Positions 37,516 to 51,203 of a DNA stretch of 64,000 nt are shown piece by piece. The position numbers and the translations under genes were made by a program. Position 1 is the stretch's first letter; every line of letters starts with the position of its first letter. The notes below the pieces were generated by a model. The model did not search any database, was not told the origin of the DNA, and saw only the letters and a program-made list of their open reading frames with translations. The stretch lies in assembly GCF_006345805.1 (NCBI RefSeq), contig NC_043001.1:25048001-25112000 (forward strand), in the 5' to 3' direction. Origin of the DNA: Octopus sinensis (taxonomy: Eukaryota).

Positions 37516-38548
37516 AATAAATATAAATTAAGTGACATTGATCAGATTTGAACACAAAATACCGAAGATAAAAGAATTACTGAAAGCTATTTAGTCCATC
37601 ACACCAAATTTTCCTGCCATTTCATTGCCTTTGCCTAAAAGAGAATAATGCAACATCTGCTTCTAATGAAAAACGACTCAAGTAGAACTTGTACCAAGAC
37701 CTTAGATGTATATGTTGACACAAATGCGGCTGTATGTGTATGTGTGTATATTTGTGTCCTTATCCATTAATGTATATATTTGTGTATGTGTGTGCATTTG
37801 TTTACACGTGTGTATGTATTTAACTGTGTCGTGTATACATGAGTAAAAATACACAAGTATTTTTGTAGTTACGTGTGTCTGACTGGCATTTCCTATCAAT
37901 GCAAGAAAAATGTTTTTGAAGAAATCTATTGATTAGAGGGCAAAATTAAATTATGGCAATGTGAAAAGGATGCCTTACACATGGAGCCAGACAAAACATG
38001 TTGATGGGTGTGAGATGCTAATGGGAGGATGGTAGAACAGTGCTTTTCTCCAAGTTTTCTACAGACAAGCATTGGTGCGTATTTGTAAATACTAATGTTG
38101 TAGAGAGGGGTGGGAATAATAGGTGTTAAAGAGAGACACTCAAGTCAAGATAACTAAATTAATGTTAAAATAGATTTTGAGGAGATTGGTTCGCTTGTGG
38201 CAGAGATAGCAAGAATATCAGAAACTAGGGAACAAGGAGGAGAATTTCATAAACTTACTTGGATAAATTTAGAAATTTTCAGTCAGAATTATTCCAGGTC
38301 ATGTCTAACTTAATAGCACCACTATTCTGAAATGTTATTCATAAAGTTATTCACCGTGCACTGCATTTAACTCTACCCCTCACTCTAACCATCTATCACC
38401 CTCCTTTTTCAACTCTACCACCCCACCCCCCGCTCTAATCATCTATCACTCTCCTTTCAAACTCTGGAAGTTACTCTTCCACCTGTCCTCAAATCTCTAT
38501 ATCCCTACTCTCTCTTATATTCCGCTTCTTGTACCCTAAGTGTACTCC

Positions 38549-38755
38549 TTGTTTGAAGATCAAGGCTGATCTGGAACCCAACTTAAGACCCCATATCTAC
38601 GGCATTCACCGCTGGAATAAGGAGTGGTTGGAGATCACACGGTCGTTAGCCTTAAATCGCCAGGTCTGGTCGGCATTTGTGAGAGATGCAGCATTGAGGA
38701 TGAATGAAGCCAGCTCAACCCACCCCGGGTGAATGCTGTCTCAAGATCAAGAAGG
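38549..38755 (+). mobile_element. 3' end of a different RTE-type LINE, 5'-truncated, with TSD
   Basis: IKADLEP..RPHIYG..RW..EW..LALNRQVWSAFVRD; (TCAAGA)n tail; 10-bp TSD AGTGTACTCC at 38539 and 38756. Confidence 0.75.
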
Positions 38756-39018
38756 AGTGTACTCCCTATTACCTCTTCTCCACCCCACTTTCTTTTTTTC
38801 AAATGAAATAGCCATGTATCTCCTCCACAGCAAGATACCTGTTCCTGCCCCTCAATCATACTTTAGCCTATCACTGCCTGGCACAAAGCCACTTCCCTCA
38901 ATACTGCACCCTTACTCAATCAAGGGTCTTGTCTTGCAAGTTCGTTGATGGCCTCACTAGTACTGGTGCCATGAAAAAAAAGCACTCAGTATGCTTTGTA
39001 AAGTGGTATCCAGCCATT

Positions 39019-39252
39019 TAAGGTGGCAAGCTGGCAGAATTGTTAGCACGCCGGGTGAAATGCTTAGTGGTATTTTGTCTGCCGCTACGTTCTGAGTTCA
39101 AATTCTGCCGAGGTTGACTTTGCCTTTCGTTCTTTCAGGATCGATTAAATAAGTACCAGTTACTCACTGGGGTCGATATAATTGACTTAATCCGTGTGTC
39201 TGTCCTTGTTTGTCCCCTCTGTGTTTAGCCCCTTGTGGGTAGTAAAGAAATA
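39019..39252 (+). mobile_element. SINE family C monomer
   Basis: 14-bp TSD GGTATCCAGCCATT; inserted within a family B-related remnant. Confidence 0.9.
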
Positions 39253-39532
39253 GGTATCCAGCCATTGAGGTCATGCTAAAATGCAACTTGAGATCCTATC
39301 AAACTGACCAACACATGCCAGCTTGAAACACAGGTATTAAATGATGATAATGATGAGTCATTTGTAAATTTTGATGCAATATTATTATTAAAAAGTTATT
39401 TAATTGTAAATTCTGAAGCCGTATTTCTCATTGGTAAATCTAAAGTGAAATTAATGACAATGCTTGGAACATAACATATCATTATTATATAATCCTTGAG
39501 AATGATAGAGTGGTAGAGATGTTAAAAGTAAA

Positions 39533-39838
39533 GACCCCCTTTGGTAATGAATGACCATGGGATTGCACCTAGAAAGTTACCCTCCAAGGCACAAGTCTAG
39601 GCAGTCACTCATGCATATCAGGCTCTCCTTTCCATGCCACCGATCCAAGGAAAAGGCAGAGGCCAATACAGCTTGGCACCAGTAATATCACAACTCATTT
39701 CTACAGCTGAGTAAACTGGAGCAATGTGAAAACAAAGTGTCTTGCTCAAGAACACAACACACAGCCCAGTCCAGGAATCAAACTCACTATCTCATGATTG
39801 TGAGCCCGACACTCTAACCACTGTGCCATGTGCCTTCA
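39533..39838 (-). mobile_element. SINE family D (D2-like head, tail shared with 31345-31540)
   Basis: gaccccctttggtaatgaatgaccatgggattgcacctag...cttgctcaagaacacaac. Confidence 0.8.
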
Positions 39839-40179
39839 CATGTAGAGATCATAAAGCATAAATTAAATACCTGACAGTATTTGGTTTCCCTCTTTTGACA
39901 TTTTGAGTTCAAACACCCATCAGGTTTAACTTTGCCTTTCATACTTCCAGAATTAATAAAGTATTGGGGGTGGGGAACAATGGCTCAGTCAGGATATGGC
40001 TCCAATGCCCATGACCCTTTTTAGGGCCTCTGAGACAGATGGAAAGAGACTAGAGACCTAGCCCAAATACTTGCAACAGAGTGGACTCCCTAAAAGCCAT
40101 TTAAAGCCTAGATGATGATTTTAAACCAGACAATAGTGTTAAGCCCGACAACTGATTACTAAAGTTAATTTCTCAACTA

Positions 40180-40400
40180 TCCCTTTCATTACTGTATTTA
40201 TTTGAGATGCTCTGTGTTTCTTTCAATTATTTTAAATATAACAAAGAATTTAGTAAAATAACTTAGTTACCATTAAGTTGGTGTTAGGAACATAAATTGT
40301 GACTAAGGTTTGGTGAAAGATTTTAATTCAGGACTTATGAAAACAAGACATTTGTACTACAGAGCCAGAGGCGGTTTCAGCCGGGTTGGTATTGAAAGGG
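40180..40400. mobile_element. piggyBac-like MITE family 1
   Basis: Same body as 21498; right end aaagggttaa. Confidence 0.85.
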
Positions 40401-40754
40401 TTAAACTATTTAACTAAAAGTTTGTGGAACTATGCCAATATACAGTTATTTTTTTAAAGCTGATATATCCACAACACTACAAACTGTTAACTCTTTACGA
40501 ACTAGAAAAATCCCCTGCAGTAGAATCATTCTTACATGTTTCAGATAAAGCACCATCTATATTCAACCCATGAGGCAAAAAAATTATCTTAAAGTCAAAT
40601 TTTAGTGTCGTTTTTTTTATATTTTACAGTCAGTAATTTCCTAAATTTTGCAATATATTTTGTTTCATGTCTTTCATTAACAACATAGAAGCTCAACTTG
40701 CCAAAAATGGCCACCAAATTTTCCTTAAACTATGAACAAACATTTTGAAAACAG

Positions 40755-41010
40755 GCCGGTGGCACATAAAAAATACCAACTAATCATGGCCATTGCCAGC
40801 CTCTCCTGGCCCCTGTGCCAGTGGCACGTAAAAAGCACCCACTACACTCACGGAGTGGCTGGTGTTAGGAAGGGCATCCAGCTGTAGAAACACTGCCAGA
40901 TCAGACTGGAGTCTGATGCAGTCTCCTGGCTTCCCAGATCCCTGGTCGAACCATCCAACCCATGCTAGCATAGAAAACAGACGTTAAACAATGATGATGA
41001 TGATTATGAT
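40755..41010 (+). mobile_element. SINE family B, 5'-truncated
   Basis: Family B tail and (GAT)n. Confidence 0.85.
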
Positions 41011-42526
41011 GAACATATCAGATAAAGTGACCATCAATATTGATTAGACCCCATTACTGATTCTTACTATAATTGTGTTTGTGGAACATGTGTATCCCTA
41101 TGCTGCAAAGAGCTGCAAGAGCAGTTTTACTCCTAGCAAAAGTTTAACCAAGCCAGGTAGGTCCAAAATGAGAAATTAGAATAAATGAAAATGAGAAGCC
41201 TTGAGAAGTGGCATGGAGGATGGACTATGGTGGAAGAATCTATTAAGAAATGATCAAGGTCAAAACTTGCCAGAAGATGGATTTGTATTGAGCACATTAA
41301 ACAGGGTCACATATTTCTGAAAATAAACCACTGATAGAATTGGCAATTATAGATGACATATTCAACCATTAAAGCTTGGATTGTAGTGCAAGATATACTA
41401 ATGATGGCTAAAATACATTTGGTCATAGGTCTGCTCATAAAGACTAAATAATCATTTTTGCTTTGATACCAAGGTGGTGGTGATGTCAAATTTTTCCTTC
41501 TTTCATTTCATTTATATTGTGCAACATTAATTATTTTGACATTTCTGTCTTTCCTTTTACCATTTCTTCACATCTTAACTTCAACAATATGACATGTTAT
41601 GTTGCTACATGTTAATTGTCATCAGACATCAGATTGAATTAACTTGCATATTTTTTATTGTAGAAACATGAATGATTATGCAACATCATTTTTCCCAAAA
41701 TTCAGTTACTTGTCATTATACAATAAACATCATAAATTTTAAGGAAAAATCAAAAATATTCTATAAAGTACAGGCATAACTATGTGGTTAAAAAATTTGC
41801 TTTGCAGCCACATAATTTTAGGTTCAACCATACCTTCAGCAAACTTCTTCCACAATACCTCATGAGTGAAATTTGATACACAGAAATTGCACGGAAGCCC
41901 ATGTATGTGAGAGCCTGTATCTACACTGGTAGTCAAAACTAGCAGCATAATGTTTGTTTTACCTAATTATATTGTTTAATTTCCTTTTGAAGCATATGTA
42001 ACCGTGTTTGATTGAGTTTGAAAAGCCATCTAAGAATGATTTTCTCTACATTTGACAGAAACGCTCATTAGGTAAGTGGCTCGAAATGATGAACATTTGG
42101 TTTGATTATCTTAAAAAAACAAAATTTTTTTTTTAAATTGAACTAATGAATTTCCCAATAAGCAAGTGGTTAGATTATTTTGTTCATTTTCTTTTTTTTT
42201 TCATATGAATTGCTTCTAATTCTGTTTTAGTCAAACACTTACAAATCCATGGGTAAGCAACACATTGTAAGCCACACTATAATTTGCAAAAAAATTTGTC
42301 TGCACACAGGGTATGCATCACCCCACCCCCAATGCCTTTTTTTTACATTTTATATGCAACTCATGAGAAGCAAGATTTTTATTAAAAGGCCCAGAGACGC
42401 AACCTTACAGCTAAACAATGTTAACCAGTGTATTTGTAAGTGTATATCTTCTGACCTTTTTTGATGAACAGCTGTCAAAAGTTTAAGGTAACCAAACTGA
42501 AACTTTCATGAGAAAGTGATAAATGC

Positions 42527-43082
42527 TGTTGAGGCAAGTGAAATCAAAATCAAAATCAAATTCGATGACTGGCATCCATGCTAGCAGGGTGCAAAGAGCA
42601 CTATACGAGCGTGATCATTGACAGAGCAGCTAACCGGCTTCCATGCCAGTGGCACTTAAAAGGCACTATTCGAGCTTAATCATTACCAGCGTCGCCTTAC
42701 TGGCACTCGAGCCCCATGCTAGTAGGCTATTAAGAGCACCATCCGAGCGTGATCGTTGCCAGAGCGACTATCTGGCCTCCGTGCCGGTGGCATGTAAAAG
42801 ACACCATTCGAGCATCACCTTACTGGCACCTGTGCCGGTGGCATGTGTAAAAGATTCGAGTGAGGTCGTTGTCAGTACTGCTTGACTGGCACATAAAAAG
42901 CACCCACTACACTCTCGGAGTGGTTGGCGTTAGGAAGGGCATCCAGCTGTAGAAACTCTGCCAGATCAAGATTGAAGCCTGGTGCAGCCATCTGGTTTGC
43001 CAGCCCTCAGTCATTCGTTCAACCCATGCCAGCATGGAAGGCAGACATTAAACGATGAAGATGAAGATGATGATGATGATGA
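42527..43082 (+). mobile_element. SINE family B
   Basis: Reverse-complement similarity to 19755-20265. Confidence 0.88.
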
Positions 43083-43477
43083 CTATTGGCACAAACCTAA
43101 GTGTCTCACTAAGAAATTTATTTCACAGCCTCACAATTTATTTCACAAACTCACTATATAGTATTTTGGGCAAGTGTCCTCTACAATAGCCTTGGTTTGG
43201 TAGATGGTAACTGTGTGAAGGCCTGTTGTATGTGTATACGTACGTATACATGTGTATAGGCAAGGGACTGCCACTAAATCAGTGCATCAAACAAATATAT
43301 TGTGTAGTATTTATTCCATTTGGTTTATGTCCCTAAGCTCACCAAAACGAACTCAGCTATTCAATATGTATGCATGTGAAACAATGAGTTGTTTGATATA
43401 CAGTTCAACAAAAACATCCTTTCACGTGGAGTGAATTTTGTGATACTTGATGATACTGTAATATTTTGATGAATTTG

Positions 43478-44030
43478 AAGGCTATGAGCTGGCAGAATCG
43501 TAAACATGCGCAGAAGTGGCTGTGTGATAAGTAGCTTGCTTACCAGTCACATGGTTCCGGATTCAGTCTCACAGTGTGGCGCCTTCGACAAGTGTCTTCT
43601 ACTATAGCATCGGGCAGACCAAAGCCTTGTGAGTGGATTAGGTAGACGGAAACTGAAAGAAGCCCATCGTATTTACGTATATGTATATATATATGTGTGT
43701 GTGTGTGTGTTTGTCCCCCCAACATCGCTTGACAACCAATGCTGGTGTGTTTACGTCCCTATAACTTAGCGGTTCAGCAAAAGAGACCGATACAATAAGT
43801 ACTAGGCTTACCAAGAATAAGTCAAGAGTAAAAGAGTATGCCTGGCAAAGTGCTTAGCAGCATTTCATCCATCTTTACATTCTGAGTTCAAATTCTGCCG
43901 AGGTCAATTTCACCTTATATCCTTTCAGGGTCAATAAAATAAGTACCAGTAAACACTGGGGTTGATGTAATCAATGTACCCCTCCCCTAAAATTGCTGGC
44001 TTTGTGCCAAAATTTGAAACCAATATTTTG
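43478..44030 (+). mobile_element. SINE family C split by SINE family A (43508-43838)
   Basis: C head gagctggcagaatcg resumes as atgcctggcaaagtgcttagc after the A tail. Confidence 0.85.
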
Positions 44031-44508
44031 ATGTATTTAACCAGGCATGGTGACCTAATTTGGGTATCTATTCTAGTGGTCACAACTGCAAAAAAAAAAA
44101 AAAAAAAAAGCCAGCCTGGAATTTAGCAACAGACTATATTTGTGATCCATCAGACACTGGGAAATAATTGGCTTAAGCACAGAGCTGGCTCTATAGTATT
44201 TACCATCCTGGACCAGTTTTACAGAGTATGTTCCTTCTCCCATTTATAACTGGTGAATATAACTAAGAACTTATAATAATAAGCTAAGAGCTTATAATAA
44301 TAGTGTACAGTAGTTTGGTTGGTGATGATTTGCCACAGCTAAGACATAGTTCAAACACTGCAGGAATTCTTTGTTGACTGATATAGACTCTAAGGCTAAG
44401 GTTTATACAATTATTTGTTACATTTTTATTTTATTTTTTTGATTGCTTTCCTTCACATGTTTTTTGAAAATTCATGTTTTTAGTCAGATTCAGAAATTTT
44501 GTTTAAGC

Positions 44509-47500
44509 TTAAATCCTTAAAAATGTTTTAGCCCGAAGGCCGCGGCCATGCTGGGGCACCACCGCTGAATGAGCTACACTAGTTTGTGAATCCACCTCTG
44601 ATACGTGGCACTTGATCAACAAGGGAGTTCGATGCTGCTGCCCGCATCCGTGTCTCCTGTCGTGAGGTAGGTTCATCTGGGACTCCCAACAAGAAGAGAT
44701 CCAGTTTAGTTTTAAAGAAACCCACATCCACACCATGTAAGTCTCTCAGGCATTTAGGGAGGATGTTAAAGAGCTGTGGTCCTCTGAAACCCAAGCTGTT
44801 GCAGTATCTGGACCTGTATTTTGATGGTGATGTTGGAATCCTTGGCACCACGCAGCGGCGCCCCGTTCTGCGGTTGGAGTAACTTTGAATGCCAAAGTTT
44901 GGGACAAGACCCTCCAGGATTTTCCAGATGTATATCACTGCATATCTCTCCCGCCTCCGCTCCAGGGAGAAGAGGTTTAATACCTTCAGTCTTTCCCAGT
45001 AGCTGACATTTTGCATTGAGACGATTTTCTTTGTGTAGCTTCTCTGAGTTGCTTCGAGTTCTGCTGTTTGTTTTATATTGTGTGGTGACCAAAGTTGGGA
45101 GCAGTAGTCCAAGCGGCTGAGGACGAATGTTTTCCATAGGACCATCAGTGTCTCCTTCTCTCTTGTTCTGAAAGTTTGGAGAATCCATCCAGCTAGCCGT
45201 CTGCATTTTATCACCAGATTAGCAATATGCATTTGGAAAGATGCATCATTGCTCATGTCAATGACCAGGTCACGCACTGATTTTGACTCAGGGATTGCAA
45301 TTCTTCCTGGGCCAGTGTATCCAGTCTTCACGTCATTTACCTTTGTGTGCCAGTAGCGCAGGGCCTGGAACTTACCTGCATTAAACTGCATGTTGTTGTC
45401 CTCAGCCCACCTGTATATTGTGTCCAGCTCATGTTGCAGATGCGCAATATTTTCAGGGTTTTGTACTGCGTGGGAGACTTTTGTGTCATCTGCATAGCTA
45501 GCAAGGGTGGTCATCGTAGCAACTGAAGGCATGTCTGAAAGGGCCACTATGAACATCAGTGGCCCCAAGACAGTGCCCTGTGGGACACCGCTTGTTATTT
45601 GCGTTTCCTTGGAGGTGGCTCCATTGCTCACAACTGCCTGTTTTCTGTCTTTTAGGAAGTTGTGCAGCCACTCTCCAAGTTTCCCGCCTATGCTGAGACC
45701 ACGCAGTTTGTGACAGATCATACCATGGTCGACTTTATCAAAGGCTTTTGCAAAGTCGAGATATATTACATCCACATTTGAGCCATTTAGTAGCTGTTTC
45801 AACACCCAGTCATAGTGTTGCAGGAGCTGTGTTAGGCAGCCTCTACCTGGTCGAAATCCATGCTGGGTGTCAGACAGTAAGTCATTTTCTTCAAGGAACA
45901 TGATTAGTTTCTTACGGACTATTCGTTCCATGACTTTGCTGATGTGTGAGGTCAGAGAGATAGGCCTATAATTTTTAGCATCTGCTCTGCTACCTCCCTT
46001 ATGGATAGGGCATATTACCCCCTCTTTCAGTTTGACTGGGAGCTTACCACTTGCAAGAAAGCTCTGAAAAAGAAGCTGTAGTGGTTTTGCAAGGGCTCGT
46101 TTGCACGATTTGAGAAGGATCGCTGGGAATCCATCAGGTCCAGCAGCTGAGTTTGTGTCAATCTCATCAATGGCTAGTGTGATACCATCATCTTCGATGT
46201 TGATGTACTCAATTTTTGTCTCTTTGGCCGCTGGTAAAGTGGCAAAGAATTCTTCTGGGTTGTTTACTTGCCTGTGTCCTAGAGGTGTAGTGAACACACT
46301 TTGGAACTGTTCGTTCAGTATTTCACTTATCCTCGTGGGATTTCCTGTGAGAGAGCCATCTTTTTGGAAGAGAGGTCCTATTCTCTGGTGCACTGTGGCT
46401 GTCTCTTTGGCAAACTTAAAGAAAGCTTTAGGGTTTGATTTTATATTTTCTATTACCAAGCTTCTTTATCTGCTCTCTCCTTTTCATGGGACTGATGTAG
46501 ACTTTTCTCAGTTTCCATTAGCATTCTTTCGAGCCGAGACTTCTCACCACTTTTGGTGTGCTTGCTCAGGCGGTTTGCAATCCTTGTCCGTTGTCTCATA
46601 AGAATCCTCCTTTCTCTAGGGATCCTGTTTTTGTTCTTGTGTGTGCTGGCCCTGCACATTGGGACATATTTGTCACATATGGCTTGTATTATGGACATGA
46701 AGTGTTTGTGTTTCATGTTTATGTCCGGTGTGGAGAGACATTCATGCCAATCCTGTTTGAGGATCTCTTTCTCAATCGACTTCCAGTTGGCTTTATGAAA
46801 GTTTAAGTTGGAGAGATGGTGGGTGCTTCGTATAGGCTGTGTTCTGCGGGGGCTTTTGTTCCATACATAGACAGCTCTATTATGTTGTGATCCGAGATCA
46901 TTGTCGGCATCACATTAACATTATGGATAATATCCATATTGTTTGTGAAGCAGAGATCCAGTATATTATCTGCCCTTGCTGGTTGCAGAACTATTTGCTC
47001 CATGAAAGAGGCATTTGTGAGATGGAGCAGGGACTCCACCTGTGCCTGCTGATGGTGTGTCATCCCTGGGAGCATCTGCCCCCCAGGCCATTCCACATTG
47101 GGGAGGTTAAAGTCACCCATGAAGAATACACTGTTGTGCTGTTCAAGGTTGGTGAGGACTTCTCCTATTTTTGTTAGGCAGTCTTCAAACATGCCTGAGT
47201 GTTTTGGGGCATCTGGTGGGCGATATGTAGTGCATATGACGATATTCAGTTGTCTTATGTGTACAATTTGAGTTTCACATACTGAGTTTGAATATGACAG
47301 CAGGACCTGGGGCGTGAGGTCATCTCGGATGTACATTGCAACTCCACCATGGCTCCTCCCTTTTCTATCTGTGCGTATGACTGCATATTGCGGCATGTGT
47401 ATTTCTGCATCACCTATATCAGGTTCAAGATGCGTTTCTGTGAGTGCCATGCATATAGCTTGATTGCATGTCACAAGGTCTCTCAGGAATGAAATTTTCT

Positions 47501-47540
47501 TTTTACAGTTTCCGCGCAGCAGCCCTCCTACATTCAGTAA
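44509..47540 (-). mobile_element. CR1-group LINE with near-complete ORF2 (APE + RT) and intact 3' UTR; two frameshifts
   Basis: ORFs 46803-47567, 46453-46716 and 44579-46459 (626 aa, RT motifs to stop); 3' UTR hairpin and TTTAAGGATTTAAG tail. Confidence 0.96.
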
Positions 47541-48955
47541 GCTGTTCAAAATTTGAGTAGAGCCCACAGATTTTTGTAAACCTTAAGTAATTGATTAGTC
47601 CAATGTGTAGCCCTGGCCTAACTAGATAGAGTGGGGCACATAATGAAAGCAAGGGAGCTCACAAAAATTTTCCAAAGGTTCAACATCAAACAAGTCAGAG
47701 TAACGTATGTTACTCTCTTTACTTGTTTCAGTCATTTGACTGTGGCCATGCTGGAGCACCACCTTTAGTCGAGCAGATCAACCCCAGGACTTCTTCTTTG
47801 TAAGTCTAGTACTTTTTCTATTGGTTTCTTTGCCGAACCGCTAAGTTATGGGGGACATAAACACACCAGCATCGGTTGTCAAGCGATGTTGGGGGGACAA
47901 ACACAAACACACAAACATACACACACATACATACATATATATATATATACATATATACAATGGGCTTCTTTCAGTTTCCATCTACCAAATCCACTCACAA
48001 AGCTTTGGTCAGCTCGAGGCTATAGTAGAAGACACTTGCCCAAGATGCCACATAGTGGGACTGAACCCAGAACCATGTGGTTGGTAAGCAAGCTACTTAC
48101 CACACAGCCACTTCTAGGCCTGAGCAAATATAAAACAAAAAAGTTTGTCTTAGTTGTTCAAAATTTGAGTGGTAACCACAAAGTTTTTAAAACCCAAGGT
48201 AATTGCTTGATTTGTCCAATGTGCAGACCCGACCCAACTTTATAGAGTAGGGCACATAATGAAAGCAAGGGAGCTCACAAAAGTTTTCCAAAGGTTCGAC
48301 ATCAAACAAGTCATAGTAACATATGTTACAAGCAAATATAAAACAAAAAACTTTGTCTAAGATGTTCAAAATTTGCCCACAGATTTTTTAAAACCCCAGG
48401 CAATTGCTTGATTTGTCCAATGGGCAGCCCTGGCCTGACTTGATAGAGTGGGACGCATAATGAAAGCAAGGTAGCTCACAAAAATTTTCTAAAGGTTCAG
48501 CATCAAACGAGTCAGAGTAAAATACATTGTGAACAAATATAAAACAAAAACTTTATCTAAGTTGTTCAAAATTTGAGTGATACATGTAGATTTTTTTAAA
48601 ACCCAAGGTAATTGCTTGATTTGCCTGGCCTGACTATATAGAGTGGGGAACATAATGAAAGCAAGGGAGCTCACAAAAATTTTCCAAAGGTTCAACATCA
48701 AACACGTCAAGGTAACATATATTGTGAACAAATATAAAACAAAAAAGTTTGTGTAAGTTATTCAAACTTTGAGTGGGACTCACAGATTTTTTAAGACCCT
48801 TGGCAATTGCTTGATTTATCCAATGGACAGCCCTGGCCTAACTAGATAAAGTGGGCACATAATGAAAGCAAGGTAGCTCACAAAAATTTTCCAAAGGTTC
48901 AACATCAAACAAGTCAGAGTAACATATGTTGTGAACAAATATAAAACAAAAGTTT
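47541..48955. repeat. ~200-bp tandem repeat, about 5 diverged units, with a SINE A inserted (47711-48120, minus)
   Basis: Recurring cataatgaaagcaagg.agctcacaaaaattttccaaaggttcaacatcaaac near 47639, 48255, 48457, 48651 and 48858. Confidence 0.93.
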
Positions 48956-48993
48956 ATACATACATACATACATACACACAAACACACACACAT

Positions 48994-49051
<58 letters not shown>

Positions 49052-49062
49052 CACAACATACA

Positions 49063-49123
<61 letters not shown>

Positions 49124-49518
49124 TATATATATATGATGTATGTATGTATCCTTTACGGTTTCAGCAATATGTTGGCCTCCCTATCACATTAGTAGGTTTA
49201 CTTCAGTAACAACTACAATTTAGAAATTCCACACCTAAAAATCCATCCACCACCCCCCAACACATATATGTAACAACAACAACAACAACAACAACTCAAC
49301 CACTATCAGTACCACAGCCACTAAATGTAGCATTACTTACACCAGAAATAGCAACACGAGCAGTAAAAATAACAGCAGCTATCCAAAATTACATTCAAGA
49401 TGACACCTTGTTTTCGTGAAGAAGTTGGAACAACTTTGATGTTATTTGTAGATGTAAAAGCTCAGTGAACGAAAGAAAATGAGAGAGAAAGAGAGAGAGA
49501 AAGATACAAAATTGTGCA

Positions 49519-49549
<31 letters not shown>

Positions 49550-49701
49550 ATTAGAGAGAGAGGGGGAGGGAGAGAGGGGGGGAAAGATGGCAGGGGGCAA
49601 AAACGTCAGCAAAAGACAAGAAATGTTGGTAACCTGATAGGTAACGTCTTAACATGCAGCAACTAACATTAGCTATGTCATCAATAAAACAATAGCTATG
49701 C

Positions 49702-49737
<36 letters not shown>

Positions 49738-49936
49738 GGTAGTGGTGGTGGTGGTGGTGGTAGTGGTGGTAGTGGTGGTGGTGGTGGTGGTGGTGGTGGT
49801 GGTGGTGGTGGTGGTGGTGGTGGTGGTGGTGGTGGTAGTAGTAGTGGTGGTGGTGGTAGTAGTAGTAGTATTAGTAGTAGTGGTGGTGGTGGTGGTGGTG
49901 GTAGTAGTAGTGGTGGTGGTGGTGGTGGTGGTGGTG

Positions 49937-49978
<42 letters not shown>

Positions 49979-50004
49979 ATAGTAGTAGTAGTAGTAGTAG
50001 TAGC

Positions 50005-50038
<34 letters not shown>

Positions 50039-50058
50039 AGTAGTAGTAGTAGTAGTAA

Positions 50059-50095
<37 letters not shown>

Positions 50096-50182
50096 AGCAG
50101 TAGTAGTAGTAGTAGTAGTAGTAGTGATTGCAGTGGTGGTGGTGGAGTAAATAATAATAATAATAATAATAATAACAGTAAT
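49702..50182. repeat. Compound (GTA)n/(GTG)n/(AAT)n trinucleotide microsatellite
   Basis: Read directly from sequence. Confidence 0.97.
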
Positions 50183-50339
50183 AAGGCTTGTTTTTAGAAA
50201 TAGTTATGTAGTTATGGTAAAGAGGTGATGATGGTGACAGTATGGGATAGGAGGTGGGAATCTGCAGGAGTGTGTTTCTTGTTTGTTTGTTTGTTTGTTT
50301 GCTTGTTTTTGTTTTGTTTTTGCTTACGGTGGTGGCAGT

Positions 50340-50775
50340 GGGGGTTAATTGGTAAGAGGAGGGGCAGCATTCATGACCTTTGTAAGCCCTCCCAAGACTG
50401 GTGAGATTGATGCAAGTAATGTTCAGTTCGAACTTCTGTAATGTTGATGATGTATAGCATGAAAACAAGAGGAGGAGAAGGGAGAGGAGATGGTAACACC
50501 AAAGGCTCGCAATTTAGGTGAGATGCTTGAGCAATGCAATTAGCACAGGGTCAAGGGAATGAAAGACAGTAGGTTTACAAAAGGAGAAGAGGTGGAATTA
50601 TTGAACTGGCTGAGGAACAGGTGCTTTGAGTTGACAAAGAGACAGAGGCAATATGCAGCTTGCTGGTTCTGAGGAGCAAAGGATGTTGTAGTAGTGGTGT
50701 TAGTGAAAAGCGAGAGAAACAGTGCATCTGTGAGCTGATGATTGTAGCAGGTTTGATAATCAATCTAAGAGGTTT
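50340..50775 (-). mobile_element. Old LINE 3' fragment (CR1/Jockey-like C-terminus)
   Basis: Degenerate minus-strand CSS..ASSIIPPL motif; heavily decayed. Confidence 0.35.
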
Positions 50776-50800
50776 GTGTATAGATGCAGGAGTGGCTTTA

Positions 50801-51203
50801 GGCGCAGGAGTGGCTGTGTGGTAAGTAGCTTACTTACCAACCACATGGTTCTGGGTTCAGTCCCACTGTGTGGCACCTTGGGCAAGTGTCTTCTACTATA
50901 GCTTGGGGCCGATCAAAGCATATTGAGTGGATTTGGTAAACGGAAACTGAAAGAAGCCTGTCGCATACATATATATGTGTGTGTATGTGTTTGTGTGCGT
51001 GCTTGCGCACGCATGTGTCCCCAACATCACTTGACAACCGATGCTGGTGTGTTTACGTCCCCAATAACTTAGCAGGTCAGCAAAAGAGACTGATGGAATA
51101 AGTACTAGGCTTACAAAGTATAAGTCCTGGGGTTGATTTGTTTGACTAAAGGTGATGCTCCAGCATGGCCACAGTCAAATGACCAAAACAAGTAAAAGAG
51201 AGT
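50801..51203 (+). mobile_element. SINE family A
   Basis: Full match; head partly duplicated at 50786. Confidence 0.9.

Noticed and set aside
44579-47567. Active full-length LINE
   Set aside because: Two frameshifts between endonuclease and RT, and no ORF1 or promoter region
49551-50468. 305-aa poly-Pro/Leu/Tyr ORF and 156-aa poly-Val/Ser ORF
   Set aside because: Products of (GTA)n/(GTG)n microsatellites
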